Shown here one piece after another: positions 51,601 through 64,000 of a stretch of DNA of 64,000 bases (within the stretch, counting starts at the first letter, position 1; each line of letters opens with the position of its first letter). The position numbers and the translations under genes were made by a program. The DNA is taken from NCBI GenBank assembly GCA_000320545.1, contig ADNK01002208.1, positions 1-64,000 of the forward strand. Reading direction: 5' to 3'. Source of the stretch: Bigelowiella natans CCMP2755. Its lineage: Eukaryota; Protista; Cercozoa. Under the pieces are notes generated by a model, which was given only the letters and a program-made list of their open reading frames with translations, did no database searches and was not told the DNA's origin.

Positions 51601-54600
51601 CAGTGATTCCCAAACACAGACATATATATATGTGATTATGAGATAACTTTTTAGACTCTCACGAGACTGCTTAAATTAAAACAAAAGAGCCTTCTTCCCA
51701 TTCTCAACCAGTATATGGGGTATGTAACTGCATATTACTTCACCAATCGAAATCCTTACCCAGTCGATATGCAGATTATTCACCAAGTTAGCGTCCAATA
51801 GCAAAGTGGATACTTTTTGCAGAGGTTATGTTCCCGCCACACACCTTCGTTCGCCATATAAACTGAAGAATGCATCCTTCAGACCAAACACTGAATTTGT
51901 TGGAAAGTCTTCTCGCGCATTCCGAATGCGTCAAAAGATTTGTCCACCACAAGGGCATCGAGTGCATTATTTTCCATATTACCAATGTTCATAAGGTAGT
52001 TGCTAATTTCTCATGCATTCGAATAAAAACAATGATTCATTTGCTGTGTGCTAGTCCTACAAGCCTCTGGCATTACGCTCGTTACTCAAGGAGTCACCGA
52101 ACAAGGCTATCGATTCCTCTTCAGTTTCGGATTCTTCTAAGATTAATTTCGATGATGGCAGGTCAAATATATATTCTTGAGAATCTGAAGATGAGCGGCT
52201 GACATGTGGGTTGTCTTGCAAGAATAATGCTAGTAGCAAAGGGGGCTGCTCAAGGCGCTCATGCACTCTCAGACGTGTCTTCAAAGAATTCTTTGAATGT
52301 ACCACGGGATCCAGGGATTTCTTCCCAGCACTCAGGTAGGAATAGAGAAGCCAATAGAATAGATCAATATGCCAAACAAGACGTCATACATTCAGATAGG
52401 AAACTCGTATTGGGATACAGAACGCATACACCGAAGAGCACACCGAGGGGATCGGTAATGCACGACTTCAGTCACATCAACACAACCTCGTTCTCGTTTG
52501 AATTCTGCAGTCGCAGTTCTTGAAACAACGGTTTTGCTTTGCCGTTTTGGAAACAGCCGGGGGGTCTGGATGGCGAAGGATACAAATCCTCCAACTTGGA
52601 TATTTCTTCTTCGTCTTCAAAGTATCACTTTTCGCCGCCGTAGTACCTTCTTCTATCATTAAATCTTTCTTCTCCAGGGGGTTCGTCTGCACATTGCACA
52701 GCGAGTTCAGTGACATGGTGGAGTTTCCATGTGAGAGCCCACAGCCACAACTCACGGAGGAACAAGTCGCTATGAAAGCTTTGAATATGTTAAAACTCAT
52801 ATTCGCAACGTGAGTGTGCAATTCGAAATTACTATTCATTTGCCGTCTTTTTTGACAAGAGGCTATTCTTCTGGACTCAGGATACCTGAAAGTCGCCGTA
52901 TGCTTGCTCGAAGGCATCCGAGCATGCTGAGACATCTTGTCCAAATTTTAGTCCTCCGCAATGATAACATCATCTCAGAGGCTACCATAATTTTGAAGCA
53001 ATTACTTGAGGTAAGTTTCCCTTTTTCGACAAATACAAAAGCTGAGATTGCTATTGCTGCTTTAGGCAAACAAACATCTGATCCCACTCCTAGGACAGAC
53101 AGGATTCTTCTTGTTTGTCATGCACAATCTTGTATCCGGATGCTCCTACGCAACTGCATCTTTACTCAATGCAAGCCATCGACACCAAACGCAACCGTAT
53201 TCTGGGAGCTCTTTCAGTGCACTCGAACGTTTTTTGCCTTCCCCAGTTCTCCGCCAATGCAAAGATGCGAAGAGCATGCATAAAATACTTGGTGGAGATC
53301 ATTGCAGTCCAAATATAGTTTGGACAAGCACCCAGCGTTCAGAATTGCATAGGTTGTTTTCATTGTTATGTGGGCACTGGCTCGGCTGTATTAACCTGTC
53401 CGTGGTTGATTGTGTTTCAGATCCTTGGCCCTCGTGATCAACCCACTTCGAAAAGCATTATCTAAGAATCCCAGGCTGATTTTTGAAGCTGACACCACCT
53501 TCGATGTGCAGTATCCGTCTATATCTCGCGAGCTTTGCGTTGGAGATGTGTACCTCAATCTTATGATCCAAGAACCTGAACATGTCCTTCAAGATCCCGA
53601 CTATGTCGCGGCTAAAGTAAACAACCATTTTCAATTGATACCTTCCGGGGAATCATTAAGAATCGTAACAACACAAATCAGCTCATGGGCGAAACTTCCC
53701 AAAGTGCGCTAAAGCTTCGAGCGGCAAAGAAAGGCAGCATCAGCGAAAAAGTCCGAGAAGAGGTATGCAATATATTCTATATAGTATGGCATATTTTCTT
53801 TGATCAACTCTCACGAAATTAGGTGAGGAGGCACTGTTTGCTTATCATCAAATCTCAAACACACCTTCGACGTAAACTCTTCGCCGAATGTCCAAGCCTC
53901 GGACGTTATAACGCTTTCACCGGATTGTTGAGCATCATGATGCAAGCGGGAGAAAACGGCGACAGTTCCTCCTTGAAGACAAATAGCGAAGTTCAGCAAG
54001 AATTCGAGCTAGCGCACCACGCTGTCATGCTTGTGTCGCATGTGCTAAGAGGAAAAGAGGAAGGACAAAAGTTGGCATTGGCTTCGGAAAACGTTCAACT
54101 CTTCTTCGCGGCGGAGGGGATAAAGAAGCTCACAAAATTTCTACTGTAACATTCGAATTACTTCTGGTTGTTTGTTTCCTTCTAATAATGTACTTTCTCT
54201 TGTAGATCCTTGAACGTGCACACCCCGAATAGCGCTCCCATAGCTTGTTGCATCCTCTCAATTCTGCAAGAGCTATCAGGGCAGAAAGAAGAGATTGTCA
54301 ATCATGCGGCTGCATCGCCAAATTTCCTCGGTTGGATGATAAATCTGCTCAACCAGGCATACTCTTTACCAGCGACAGCAATATCAGTTCTAAGGCTAAT
54401 GGCACGATTCACTCAGAGTCAAAGGCATCCGTTACTTCTCGAAAAGATGCTGCAGCGAGGCGCTTTTTTGCACGTTATGTATCTTGCTCTGTTTCCTTCT
54501 CCTGAGTTGGCGAAGGCAAAGAATCACAGCGCATCGGAACTCTCAGAGGCACTTTCGTCACAATCTAGCCTCGGTTCATCGAAATCGGAAGATCCTATTG

Positions 54601-57600
54601 GTTGGATGGTCCCTCGTGTTCAAAGTGCTGCCATGTTGGGGGGGGATGACAAGGAAAACCAAAATATGGGTATAAATTTGAGACCCCCGGACGTCAAAGC
54701 TGAGGAGCGGAAGCACAAAAAAGCTCGGAAAGCTCTTCAAGTTGAAAGTCGTTTCAAGAGCTTACGGATGCTTCCTGAAGTTGCAACTCTGGTTATGCAC
54801 CAGATGGTTGCCAAACCCCCACAGTTATTCGGCTTTGCTGAAAGTGCGAAAAGATCGGATAAGAAATTGCCCCTGCAGCAGCAGACAGAAAAACTCAGAT
54901 CGCAAGCTCGAAGAATTTTCAAACTCATGCTTACTTCGGGGCTGTTTAGATTCGTCGAAATGTCGAAGGTAAACTTTCCGATATTCCCTTGTCCACAATA
55001 AAATTGTCTCCATAAGACGTTTTTTTAATTTGATCTATACAGCCCACCAAGCCTCTTCACGTTGAAGCTGCGCTTGACCATTACACGCCGACGCTCATAT
55101 GGAATCAAGAATTGCGATCAGAGTTAAAGGACTACTTGCACCACGAAATATCGGTTAGCATTTTATCTGAAGTTGCCTCGAGTTCAGCCCTAATCGGGAC
55201 TACTACATTTTCCCATAGATGACAAAGAAAAATGGTTCCTGGAATCGCTGGAAAGAAGATTTTCGCTTTGCACACAAAGCACTGAATTCACATCTAATTG
55301 TATCCGATGTTTACATTAAAGTCCTGAATAAGCAGGTGCTTGATTTGCTGACCTAATCGTCAAAAAGATTTATATTATTCCATTCATTGCAGGCATCGTC
55401 GTACAAATTACCGGCGCATGTCCATCCTGATGAATTGCTTAAGGTAGCTGCTGGTGTACATGGCGTTGCATGGTTCTTAAGCTTGGTTCCTTATGAAGCT
55501 CCATAAATCGTCAGGAACTCATCGATCATTTGAATCGTTTTTGCAAATCTTGTCTCCCGGGTTGGAAAACAGCGAACAGCATGTTATCCGATAGCAAAGA
55601 AACCAAAGAGGGACTTCAATCTGAGGCCGACCCACTTGTTGGGGTGCCCGACGAACCATCGCAGTCACAGGTGCGGCAGCATATAAACAGGGGGTTGCTT
55701 TGACCGCATGTTATACTGCCGCTGCTTTGATGCATCTCACCATTATCCTAGGAAGGTGCAAGGATTGCATCCGTATGAAAATAGGCACATCAACATGATA
55801 CATATGATACATCCAATAGAAGAATCACAGTTCTAGAGGCAAGCCGATTCTACAAGGGGGAGAGGGGAGAGAGGGTACAGGAAGGAAAATGCTCACAGTT
55901 TTTTCACGTTTGTTGCAGCTGAATACATTGATTGACCTCCTGACGGCAATCATACGTCTTCTGAGATCCTATCCAAAGATTTGTCACGTTTACACCAAGC
56001 ACATGTGGAACCTTCCTCTTCTATTAGCTCAGAACAACTGCAAGCTGAAGCAAGTGAGTAACGACAGCTGCTTCTATGTGTCATGTTCGATGCTGATTGG
56101 ATATGTTACATTAGGTGGTTCTGGAAGTAATCCACGAGTTCAGCAAGGAGATGGTATTTTCGAATTTGCTGCACCCACATGCACATCTACTTCATGCGGT
56201 GCTAGCAGCACGGCAAACGCCTACCTCCCAAGTCCCCGACGCCAAGCTCAATATCCATCTCCTCGCGGCGTTGTGCAAGGACCCTATCCGCGGCGTGAGG
56301 AAATTAAAGAGCATCAAGCTCCCCTCTCAGAAACACAAACGTCCAATTGCAAAAGAGTTGGTTCAAGGAGGGTTAATACTGACACTGGCAAAAGTTCTCA
56401 TAGATAGGTGCGAGGACCAACTTCACGCCGCAACAACTACTTTATTTAGTGTTCTCTATGATACTATAGGAAATTCTACAATATGGATCAACGGAAAGAG
56501 GCCGCTAAGCTCTGTGGAGAGTTGTGCGCATCAGCTGCAGTTGGAAAAGATGCCTCGATGATCCTTAACACTATTTTCTCTTGGCAGATTAAGCCGCATC
56601 TGTCAAGGGCAGTGAGTAGGCCTGAAGGCTTGATAGATTTCATCGACGACACCGTCGATAGGTAATAATTTGCTCGAGTGTCTAGCAAGAAAGTCCAAAC
56701 AAGTTTGACGATCCTTTGACATCTTGTTCTGTAGCCCAACGGTATATTGGACCGATGAGGTACGGGAGGAGATCACCGGATTTATATCCAAAGAGGTTGC
56801 TGAGCTACGGAGCCACAGTGAAGATTTCATAATTAGCGTGCAGCGGGGGGACCCGTTCCCACTCCCTTACACTTGGCATTACAGCAGGATTAGGTGCGAA
56901 CGCTTGATTGATATAAATACACAGCTGCGTATTTTATGCGATTGAATTCGATATATACAGGCAGAGATTTTACCTTAAGACTGTTCAGTCCCGTTTGTAT
57001 GTCGGAGGTATTTTCGTCGAGTCGCTGGTAAACAATCCTTACTTCAAGTTGAAGGTATATCGTCATAGAATTCTGGGCAGTGTGAATGAAAATATATTTA
57101 GTACGTTATTTGTGCATTATATAGACCAAATCTTTTACAATGGAGCTACTGGCAGCCTTGCAGCAGCGATTTGACAATTATTTGTCTGGACAAAAAGACT
57201 CGAAACTCATCGGGGAAATTTGTCTCCTGATTCAAGCATTGAGTAATATGGTATGCAATTTTAGCAATGGTACCGATTGCGTTGTCTGAAGACAACTGTA
57301 ATCTCTAGGTCACAAACCTTCCACACATGGTTGAGCAGCTGTTGAAAATGGACAAGCTGCAATTGGTTTATCGATTCTTCTGGGAGGATGTCACTGAGAT
57401 GAAGATGAAAAGTCTAGCGTTGAAACTCGCGAATTCTTGTGCAATTAACGATTTGGCAGCACGTCATGTCGCTCAGCAAAGGGTATTTTTCCAGAATTTT
57501 TTGGTTGCGAGCTGAATTGACATTCTCTTTTTCTTTTTCAGTTGATACGAGTTGTTCTTCCCCTGCTGGTTACGGAAACGGACGATCTGGAGCAAGTTAT

Positions 57601-58167
57601 CAACCTAATATTACAACATGTCAGAAGATCATCGGCGGTCGTCGACCAGATTCGAATGATGGGAGGCCTTGTCATTCTGGTATCATTGTCACCAATATTT
57701 GCATTTTATCTACGGTTGACTCTTGTTGTATGCGTAGGGTTCAATGTTTGTCAATCGGAAGTTGAAAAATACGTTAAGGGGTTTAGTTGCGTCTCTAATA
57801 GGCGCTATGACAAATGACGCAATGTATGGTCAAGACATTACAGATATGATGTGCGAAATGTTTACTTCAAAGTTCAGGGGCGCTTTCCAAAGTAGCGCGA
57901 GCATAGTGTTGAAATTCTGTGATAGAGATCACCTTGATTCAAAGGGTAGGTACTGGAATCGGCATAAAAGGGAACTGGTGCAGGTATTTAATCATAATTA
58001 TTTCATAATTTCGGTTTTGAAAGTCGATTTTCTGTTAGGCATTTCTCGAGAAGCACGCCCATGCTCTTGCCCCACAGATAAAACTGTGGAATGGTACCCA
58101 AGAGCTCTTCCATACGGACCAATTAAATTTAATCTGGAAGGAAGAAAACCATGAGTCAAAAAAATGA
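48602..58167 (+). CDS. Divergent RME-8/DNAJC13-like ARM/IWN-repeat protein lacking a J-domain, many short introns
   Basis: Four IWN-type repeats: PDIIWTNKTK..WDYLGFEVIYPSLAAELRISGLYI; SPNIVWTS..YPSISRELCVGDVYL; TPTLIWNQELRSEL..LIVSDVYI; SPTVYWTDEVR..LYVGGIFV. Stop TGA at 58165-58167. The start could be as far upstream as about 48342. Confidence 0.8.
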
Positions 58168-59723
58168 CAATGCTTACTTACCAACTTGTGATCCAGCTGA
58201 TGACAGATGAGGTTTTTGTCGCGTGGCCATTACTATGTTACCAACATGTGCGTGCATCGGAGCAGATGCGTAGATTCATTCGAACAAAATTATCGATGCC
58301 GTCTCTGTCTAGCTGTGCATGCTAGCATGGCAGCACAAGGAGCGCGTGCAAATTTGCGTGCTTCAATTTGCTAGTTTAGGCCCGTGATGATGCGACAAGT
58401 TGCGATTGATGAGATTAGTTCGTGTTTCACCCCGCCATCTAGCCATGCACCGAGGCGCAGCCTGGCCACTGTGCACCACAGACGCTTGCGTCAGCACGTG
58501 ACACAGCACGCCGCATGGACCTGCTACACCCAGCCAGCCAGCCAGCCGCAGCTGGCACAGTGAGCACAGCTAGACAGCTGGACTGGAACACGCCCACCAG
58601 CTAGCCAGCTAATGCAGATGCGCCGCCAGCATGCACTCGTGCACTCAGCAATGAGTGTTGATGCATGCTAGCATGCGCGTGCAATTTGCACTCTGCTGTG
58701 TGGCCAGCAGGCCAGCAGGCCAGCCAGCTAGCCAGTTCTGGAGTTCAACTGTGCGTGCAGCGCGTGCTGGAGTTTCAGAATGCACAGCAGTGCCAGAGTG
58801 TGCAAACGCGGCAGCATCGCAGAATGATCAGGCTTCCTGTGCTTCTTGAGCTTTTTGGTTCTTGTCAATTCCGCCAGGAACCATTGCAGCACGCGCACGT
58901 TGAGGATCGAAGATGACAGACATGCAATGCACTGCACATTGTCATGAGTCATGAAGGTGCACTGGCGAGAAAAACAAAACTCTCTGCGTGGCATGGCAGG
59001 CTAGCAGGCATCACGCACAGTTCCGTGCAGTTCCTCGCGCGTGGGTTCCCCTGGCTAGCTGGTCCCCTCCAATCCCAGAATCTGTACCAGTCGGAGTCTC
59101 CTGTTGGCCGGCGTGCAATGGTCATTCCACTTTTTCTTTCACTTGTGAGTTGCACGTGGGTCTTCCGGTTCACTTTTCTGGTTTTGAAGGTGTCAACAAG
59201 TCACCAAACAAGCCAGCAAGCGAGGTGTCACGAAAACGAACGCCACACTCGAAAGATGATTGTTGATTGATTCATTGCCAGATTGGCCAAAGTGATTCAG
59301 GGCCATTTTGACGGATCCAAAGGTGCACAGGAACAAAGGTCAATTTTCTTCGAATGAACGAAGTCATGTTTGCACTTTCGCTCAATTAAGCATTTCTGAG
59401 ATTTGTTTCGGCTGTTTCGGCATGCAGAAGGAAAAGCCTGAGGTGGTTTTTGCTCAAGAAGCTGAAAGAACGCTCGGACGGCGTTCTTGCGTTGTCGCAA
59501 CCACAAAATGTAGCTTAATTTGTGCCCACACAGGCCGTTTTCGAGTGGGGAACGTAGACACGCGATTCGGCAGGGCAATGTAAACATTGGACATTTTAAT
59601 CTTACGACAAAAGGATTATCCTGTTTTTGCTTGAAATAGCATCCCTCCATATTTGTTTGTGCACAACCCCCTCCCAGCAACCGTAGTGCCACCCAGACTG
59701 TTGGCCTTGCTTCTGTGTGGAAC

Positions 59724-60903
59724 ATGAGTATCAGGTGCTACATGCCGTGAAACACTATTGTTCCTAGAATGAAGCTCACACTAATTTGGTCGTTTGCCTG
59801 TTTAGCGTCGGAGACAACATGCTTTTCGCTGTGCCCAAGAAGGGCAGGTAAATCGCATGCTCTGAGAAACGTGCTTAAACATTCCGTGTAGAGCAACCAA
59901 AACATGAACATTCCTATCAATTTAGGCTGTATTCCCGAGTTCTGTCCATACTGGACGCCGTGGGATTGGTGTACCGACGAGCAAATCGTCTTGATATTGC
60001 CAATTGTTCGAATATGCCCATCTCCCTTGTGTTTCTCCCTGCGAAGGATATTGCTTACTACGTTGGAGAGGGACAAGTAGATCTCGGGATTACTGGTGAA
60101 GATATCATTGCAGAAGCTGATGTGAAAGTAAACAGTCTGCTGAAACTCGGTATCGGAAAGTGCCGCTTGTGTGTCCAGGTAGAGGAGCTTTGCTTTTACA
60201 ACCTCGTCATCATATTCGATGCCCTGATGCTGTCCTCATCAATGTAAACTTTCAGGGTCCAAAGGGAAAATTCAAAAAGGCGGATGAACTTGCTGGGAAG
60301 CGTATTGTAACATCGTTCCCGAGGCTTGCGAAGAATTTTTTCTCGAAATTCGACAAGAAACTTGGGACTACTACGAGCATTAAATATGTTTCGGGCTCGG
60401 TAGAAGCTGCAATTGGGTTAGGCTTAGCCGACGGTATTGTAGACCTTGTTGAAACTGGAACGACGATGGAGGCAGCTGGGCTTGAGGTAGTGGAGGATGT
60501 GATGAAAAGTGAGACTGTGCTGATTAGCAATCCTAAAAATAAGCACCCAGAGCTTGTTTCCAGTATTTACAAAAGGATACAAGGCTTTATTGTCGCCAAA
60601 AATCAATGTATGATCTCTTACAATATTCCGAAGAAAAAGTTGAAGGATGCTCTGGATATTACTCCTGGTCATGAATCCCCCACTGTAACCGATCTAAGCG
60701 ATCCCACATGGTGTGCAGTCTCTGCTTTGATCAAGCGGAAAAATGCTCAAAATATTTTTGATTCTCTTGAAGCAGTAGGAGCAAAGTCTATTTTGACATT
60801 TGCAATTGACAATTGTAGATTTCCTTGTGATTTCCAGCGCTCGCTCTCGGGTCACCTTAACGGAGTTCTTACTGATAGCAAGTCTCCTCCAAAGACTCCA
60901 TGA
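59724..60903 (+). CDS. HIS1: ATP phosphoribosyltransferase, long form, 4 exons
   Basis: FAVPKKGRL, DIAYYVGEGQVDLGITGED, RIVTSFP, GSVEAAIGLGLADGIVDLVETGTTM and ITPGHESPTV. Confidence 0.96.
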
Positions 60904-62372
60904 TAAGCCCACTAAGTCCTTCGCTATTTTTCTACATCGTATTCTACGTTTCGTAGTTCCACGTGATATCATCGTGTTTATCATGCATGCCAGTGTATTT
61001 AGTGTTAGCAAGCGTAGTAACCAGATGACATCGGATATAAATCTATGCATGCTACATACACACCTATTATTTGCCGCATACATGTGTCAGCATGGCTTTG
61101 CACGGTAACGCAGATGTGCTAACTGCTGCTACAACTATCTATGTGTGCAACCTCGCTGTTAGTGACAATGTGTATCACATGTTTTGGCGTTATACGCTGA
61201 AGCTCAATGTAAAATAACTGGCCGTAACAGTTATATTTATACGACATATGTACGCGTGAAAACTTTGACTTGCGTTCTCACGGTACGCAGCAGACAGCAT
61301 GTGACTCCATAGACACGACGAAATCACAGATGAACAGTTCCATTTTCTCCACGTGTTACATTGTGCACCCCTAGACCCTAGTAGCCTGCTTGATAACATC
61401 CCAACCTTCGCATGTGCTTCATTGTTAAACATGCGCACTGATTGCTCCAAGTGAAGCACACTTTTTGGTCTAGCGCAGCGAATTTTGGTCCAATTTCGAT
61501 TTTTCATGTTGTGTGCGTCATCTAGTCATGTGTGCCAGTGCATGCAGCTCGCGCAGCAGGCCACACATGATCGAAGCCATGTGTACAGGTCATCTGCGCT
61601 GACGACGTACAGTGTGCGTCCGTGACAACCTCTTAGATAGATCACTAGATCATGGACATGTGTCTGTGACTTGTCGCTAGCGCGTGCACATTCATCGTCA
61701 AACACACAAGTAGTGCATGCATCACTTCGCTGCAACCAGGGTTCTTGTGTTGATATAGCATAGAAGTGCATGCGAAGCAACGCACGTTTTCACGTGCACA
61801 CATGCACACACATCGCAAGTGCATGTCAGAGTATAAGAGATGCAAATATGCAGCACCATGTCTTTTTGTGCGTTGGCTGCTGGCCGTCATGCGTCATGTC
61901 ATGGTGACTGCACGTGATCACCAAGCTCATGTAAGCCTTCAAGCCTTCATTGAGAGAGCACGAAGCTCTGACGCACAGCAGGTACGTCTAGCATGGGTAT
62001 GCACTTAATGATATGAATAAGTAGTAAGTAGCAGTACGTACGTAGTCTGGAGTAAACCAGCACAGCTATAAGTCAAAATTGCCAATCAGTGTTGTACAAT
62101 GCTTACAGTTATGCGATAGCAATTGCGTCGGTTTACGTTTATTATTCTCACGCATTGGTTGTCGGCGCTAGTGGCTCACCAGCGTATGTTATCTGCGCGT
62201 TTTAATCATGGACAACTACTAATCCTGTGTATGGCGCAAATATAGGGGTCATGTAGGCATGCAGTAGGCTTCATTGAAAGACGCCTACAATACGATACGT
62301 GTTGATACCTAAATCATGCGGTGCACCCGATTGTAGAGTATTTACAAAGATCGAATGCCTAGTGTATAATAG

Positions 62373-62682
62373 TTACTTGCTTGGTTTCTTCGAAGGCTTC
62401 TCCGGGATCTCATAAGAAAGCTGATCTTTTTCAGGAATAACAGCTGCGTTCCATTTTCGCATCTCGTCATCGGTCATCACTAGTAGTATCAACGGAAAAA
62501 TCATAATACGCATTTGGATTATTTCATTCGTACCATTAACTCGCCGCTTGTCGTACCAGTACATTGCACCAAACCCTCCTGTTGCTATTATCTAGAAGAT
62601 TATGTAAAGAACTTGAATTGGCTACAATGACATCGAATAAAATGAGTACCCAGGGTAATACATTCCGCGTGAATCCTGACAT
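62373..62682 (-). CDS. Small single-pass membrane protein (about 65 aa), 3 exons
   Basis: Phase-compatible GT-AG exons give MSGFTRNVLPW / IIATGGFGAMYWYDKRRVN / VMTDDEMRKWNAAV..KPSK*. Confidence 0.55.
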
Positions 62683-63190
62683 TGTCAAACTGCCCGGGAC
62701 GGCAGTGATGTCTAAATAAAGTCAAAATTCTCTAACCCTCACGTCTAGATAGACAGAGCCGCAGCAAAGAAGTAATAGGTGTAGGGGAAGAGCAATCACA
62801 CTCTCTACGTTGCCCTACCCGTTGCTGTAAGGCCTAATATGGGAAAAAAAAATACGATATATTTAGTTACTTATGATTTATATGGGATACGTCTTGGTGG
62901 AAAAATGTATCCCTAGTCTCTGATTGAATCAATGGCATATTTTAGAAGTTCTTCTGGTAAATTATGGACGCAGAAAAAACGGACAAATTTTGAAAAAATC
63001 GCAACTGCTACTCGAAGGGGGAAAGGCATACATACCAGCACACACGCACGCAGCTTAGACCGAAGGGAAACTTTCCATCCCATATACTGAGCCCCGAGCT
63101 CCAGCTCCAAGACCCGACAGATATACAAGAGATACACAAGGAGTGTGGAATTCCTAGTCACATCCGCCATTCTGGGAACGTCAAAACAAT

Positions 63191-63248
63191 ATGCCTTCGT
63201 ACAGTCTTATGAAGATTTTGCTCTTAGGGGACAGCGGTAAAATGAACA

Positions 63249-63287
<39 letters not shown>

Positions 63288-64000
63288 ATTATCCAAGAAG
63301 CGAGGTGGACGATTGCAATTGATTCCTTAAGATTTCCGTATCGTGTACCTTAAAATCCCGGACAAGTCATAACTTACTGATTCTTCCAAAACAAAGGTGT
63401 CGGGAAGACCTGTCTAGCCCTTAGATTTGTGGGCGAAGCATTCCAAAAAAGTTTCAAAGTAACAGTTGGGTAATTATTTCCTGGACATTATCTATCTCAA
63501 CCACGTTCTGCAGGATATCAACATTCCTTCCCTATTATCACATTTTACTTGGTAGGATCGACTTTAAGGTGAAGGAGTTTGTGGTTGATGGGAAATCTGT
63601 GAAGGTGCAAATATGGGACACTGCAGGACAGGAGAGGTTTCGGAGTGTTGCCACCAGTAAGTGACTACTGATGCAGTGATTGGAACAACCATATCAGTTC
63701 TAATTCATACCGGCCATTTAGATTACTATCGAAAAGCAGCTGGCGTGGTCCTGGTTTACGATGTGAATAATCTGGAATCTTTCGAAAGTATGCATCAAAC
63801 TCCTACTCATAATTCAACGCCATCCTCCTAAGCTGCTATTTGTACCTAATTATTTGCAGATCTAAAGACATGGATGCATCTACTCAAGGAGCACACTGAT
63901 GAAGGGATCACCAAAATTCTAGTCGGCAACAAGCTCGACGTATCAGACGGAAAGAACGGCAAGCGAGCGGTAGATATCGCTATTTTCCGAATCGGCAACC
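63191..64000 (+). CDS. Rab GTPase (Rab1/Rab8-like), truncated by the window end
   Basis: [49 protein letters not shown] and LVGNKLD across five exons. Confidence 0.93.

Noticed and set aside
55411-55443. HPD tripeptide (PAHVHPDELLK) in the RME-8-like gene
   Set aside because: It lies after IWN repeat 3 without J-domain helices or the preceding basic helix, so it is not a J-domain.
58380-58420. GTGATGA C-box-like word suggesting a C/D snoRNA
   Set aside because: No suitably placed CTGA D box or terminal stem, and TGATGA is very common in this window.
1-64000. CRISPR arrays, tRNA/rRNA genes, transposase or reverse-transcriptase ORFs, non-standard genetic code, non-canonical introns
   Set aside because: No repeat-spacer periodicity, cloverleaf motifs or DDE/RT motifs were seen by eye. 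The gene models I traced resolved with the standard code and GT-AG introns, though not every junction was checked.

Overview
Gene-dense, intron-rich eukaryotic nuclear DNA with about 18 protein-coding genes and GT-AG introns. A bipartite signal/transit-type leader on a TLDc protein suggests an alga with a complex plastid, possibly a chlorarachniophyte (inference). Recognisable genes: VPS35L, an ankyrin+EF-hand protein, PSMG2/PAC2, cathepsin C, an AFG1-like ATPase, a TLDc protein, a thaumatin-like protein, PEX16, a PPR protein, a GONST-type nucleotide-sugar transporter, an F-box protein, CYFIP/Sra1, an RME-8/DNAJC13-like protein, HIS1 and a Rab GTPase cut off by the window end. Many genes are largely invisible in the ORF track because their exons are small, so I spliced them by hand. 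The most interesting results are unusual domain architectures: (1) an RME-8-like protein with all IWN repeats but no J-domain and no N-terminal region; (2) AFG1 with a C-terminal EF-hand extension behind a splice donor that overlaps an in-frame stop; (3) a membrane-anchored EGF-thaumatin protein; (4) a PPR protein with a peptidoglycan-binding-like insert; (5) an F-box protein fused to a clathrin-linker-like region. Non-coding features include a MITE-like element, a microsatellite-saturated zone at about 15-30 kb, and TGCA/CATG/CTAG-rich spacers at gene 3' ends. No tRNA, rRNA or CRISPR array was seen. Family assignments rest on remembered motifs, not database searches, and exon models lack RNA evidence.
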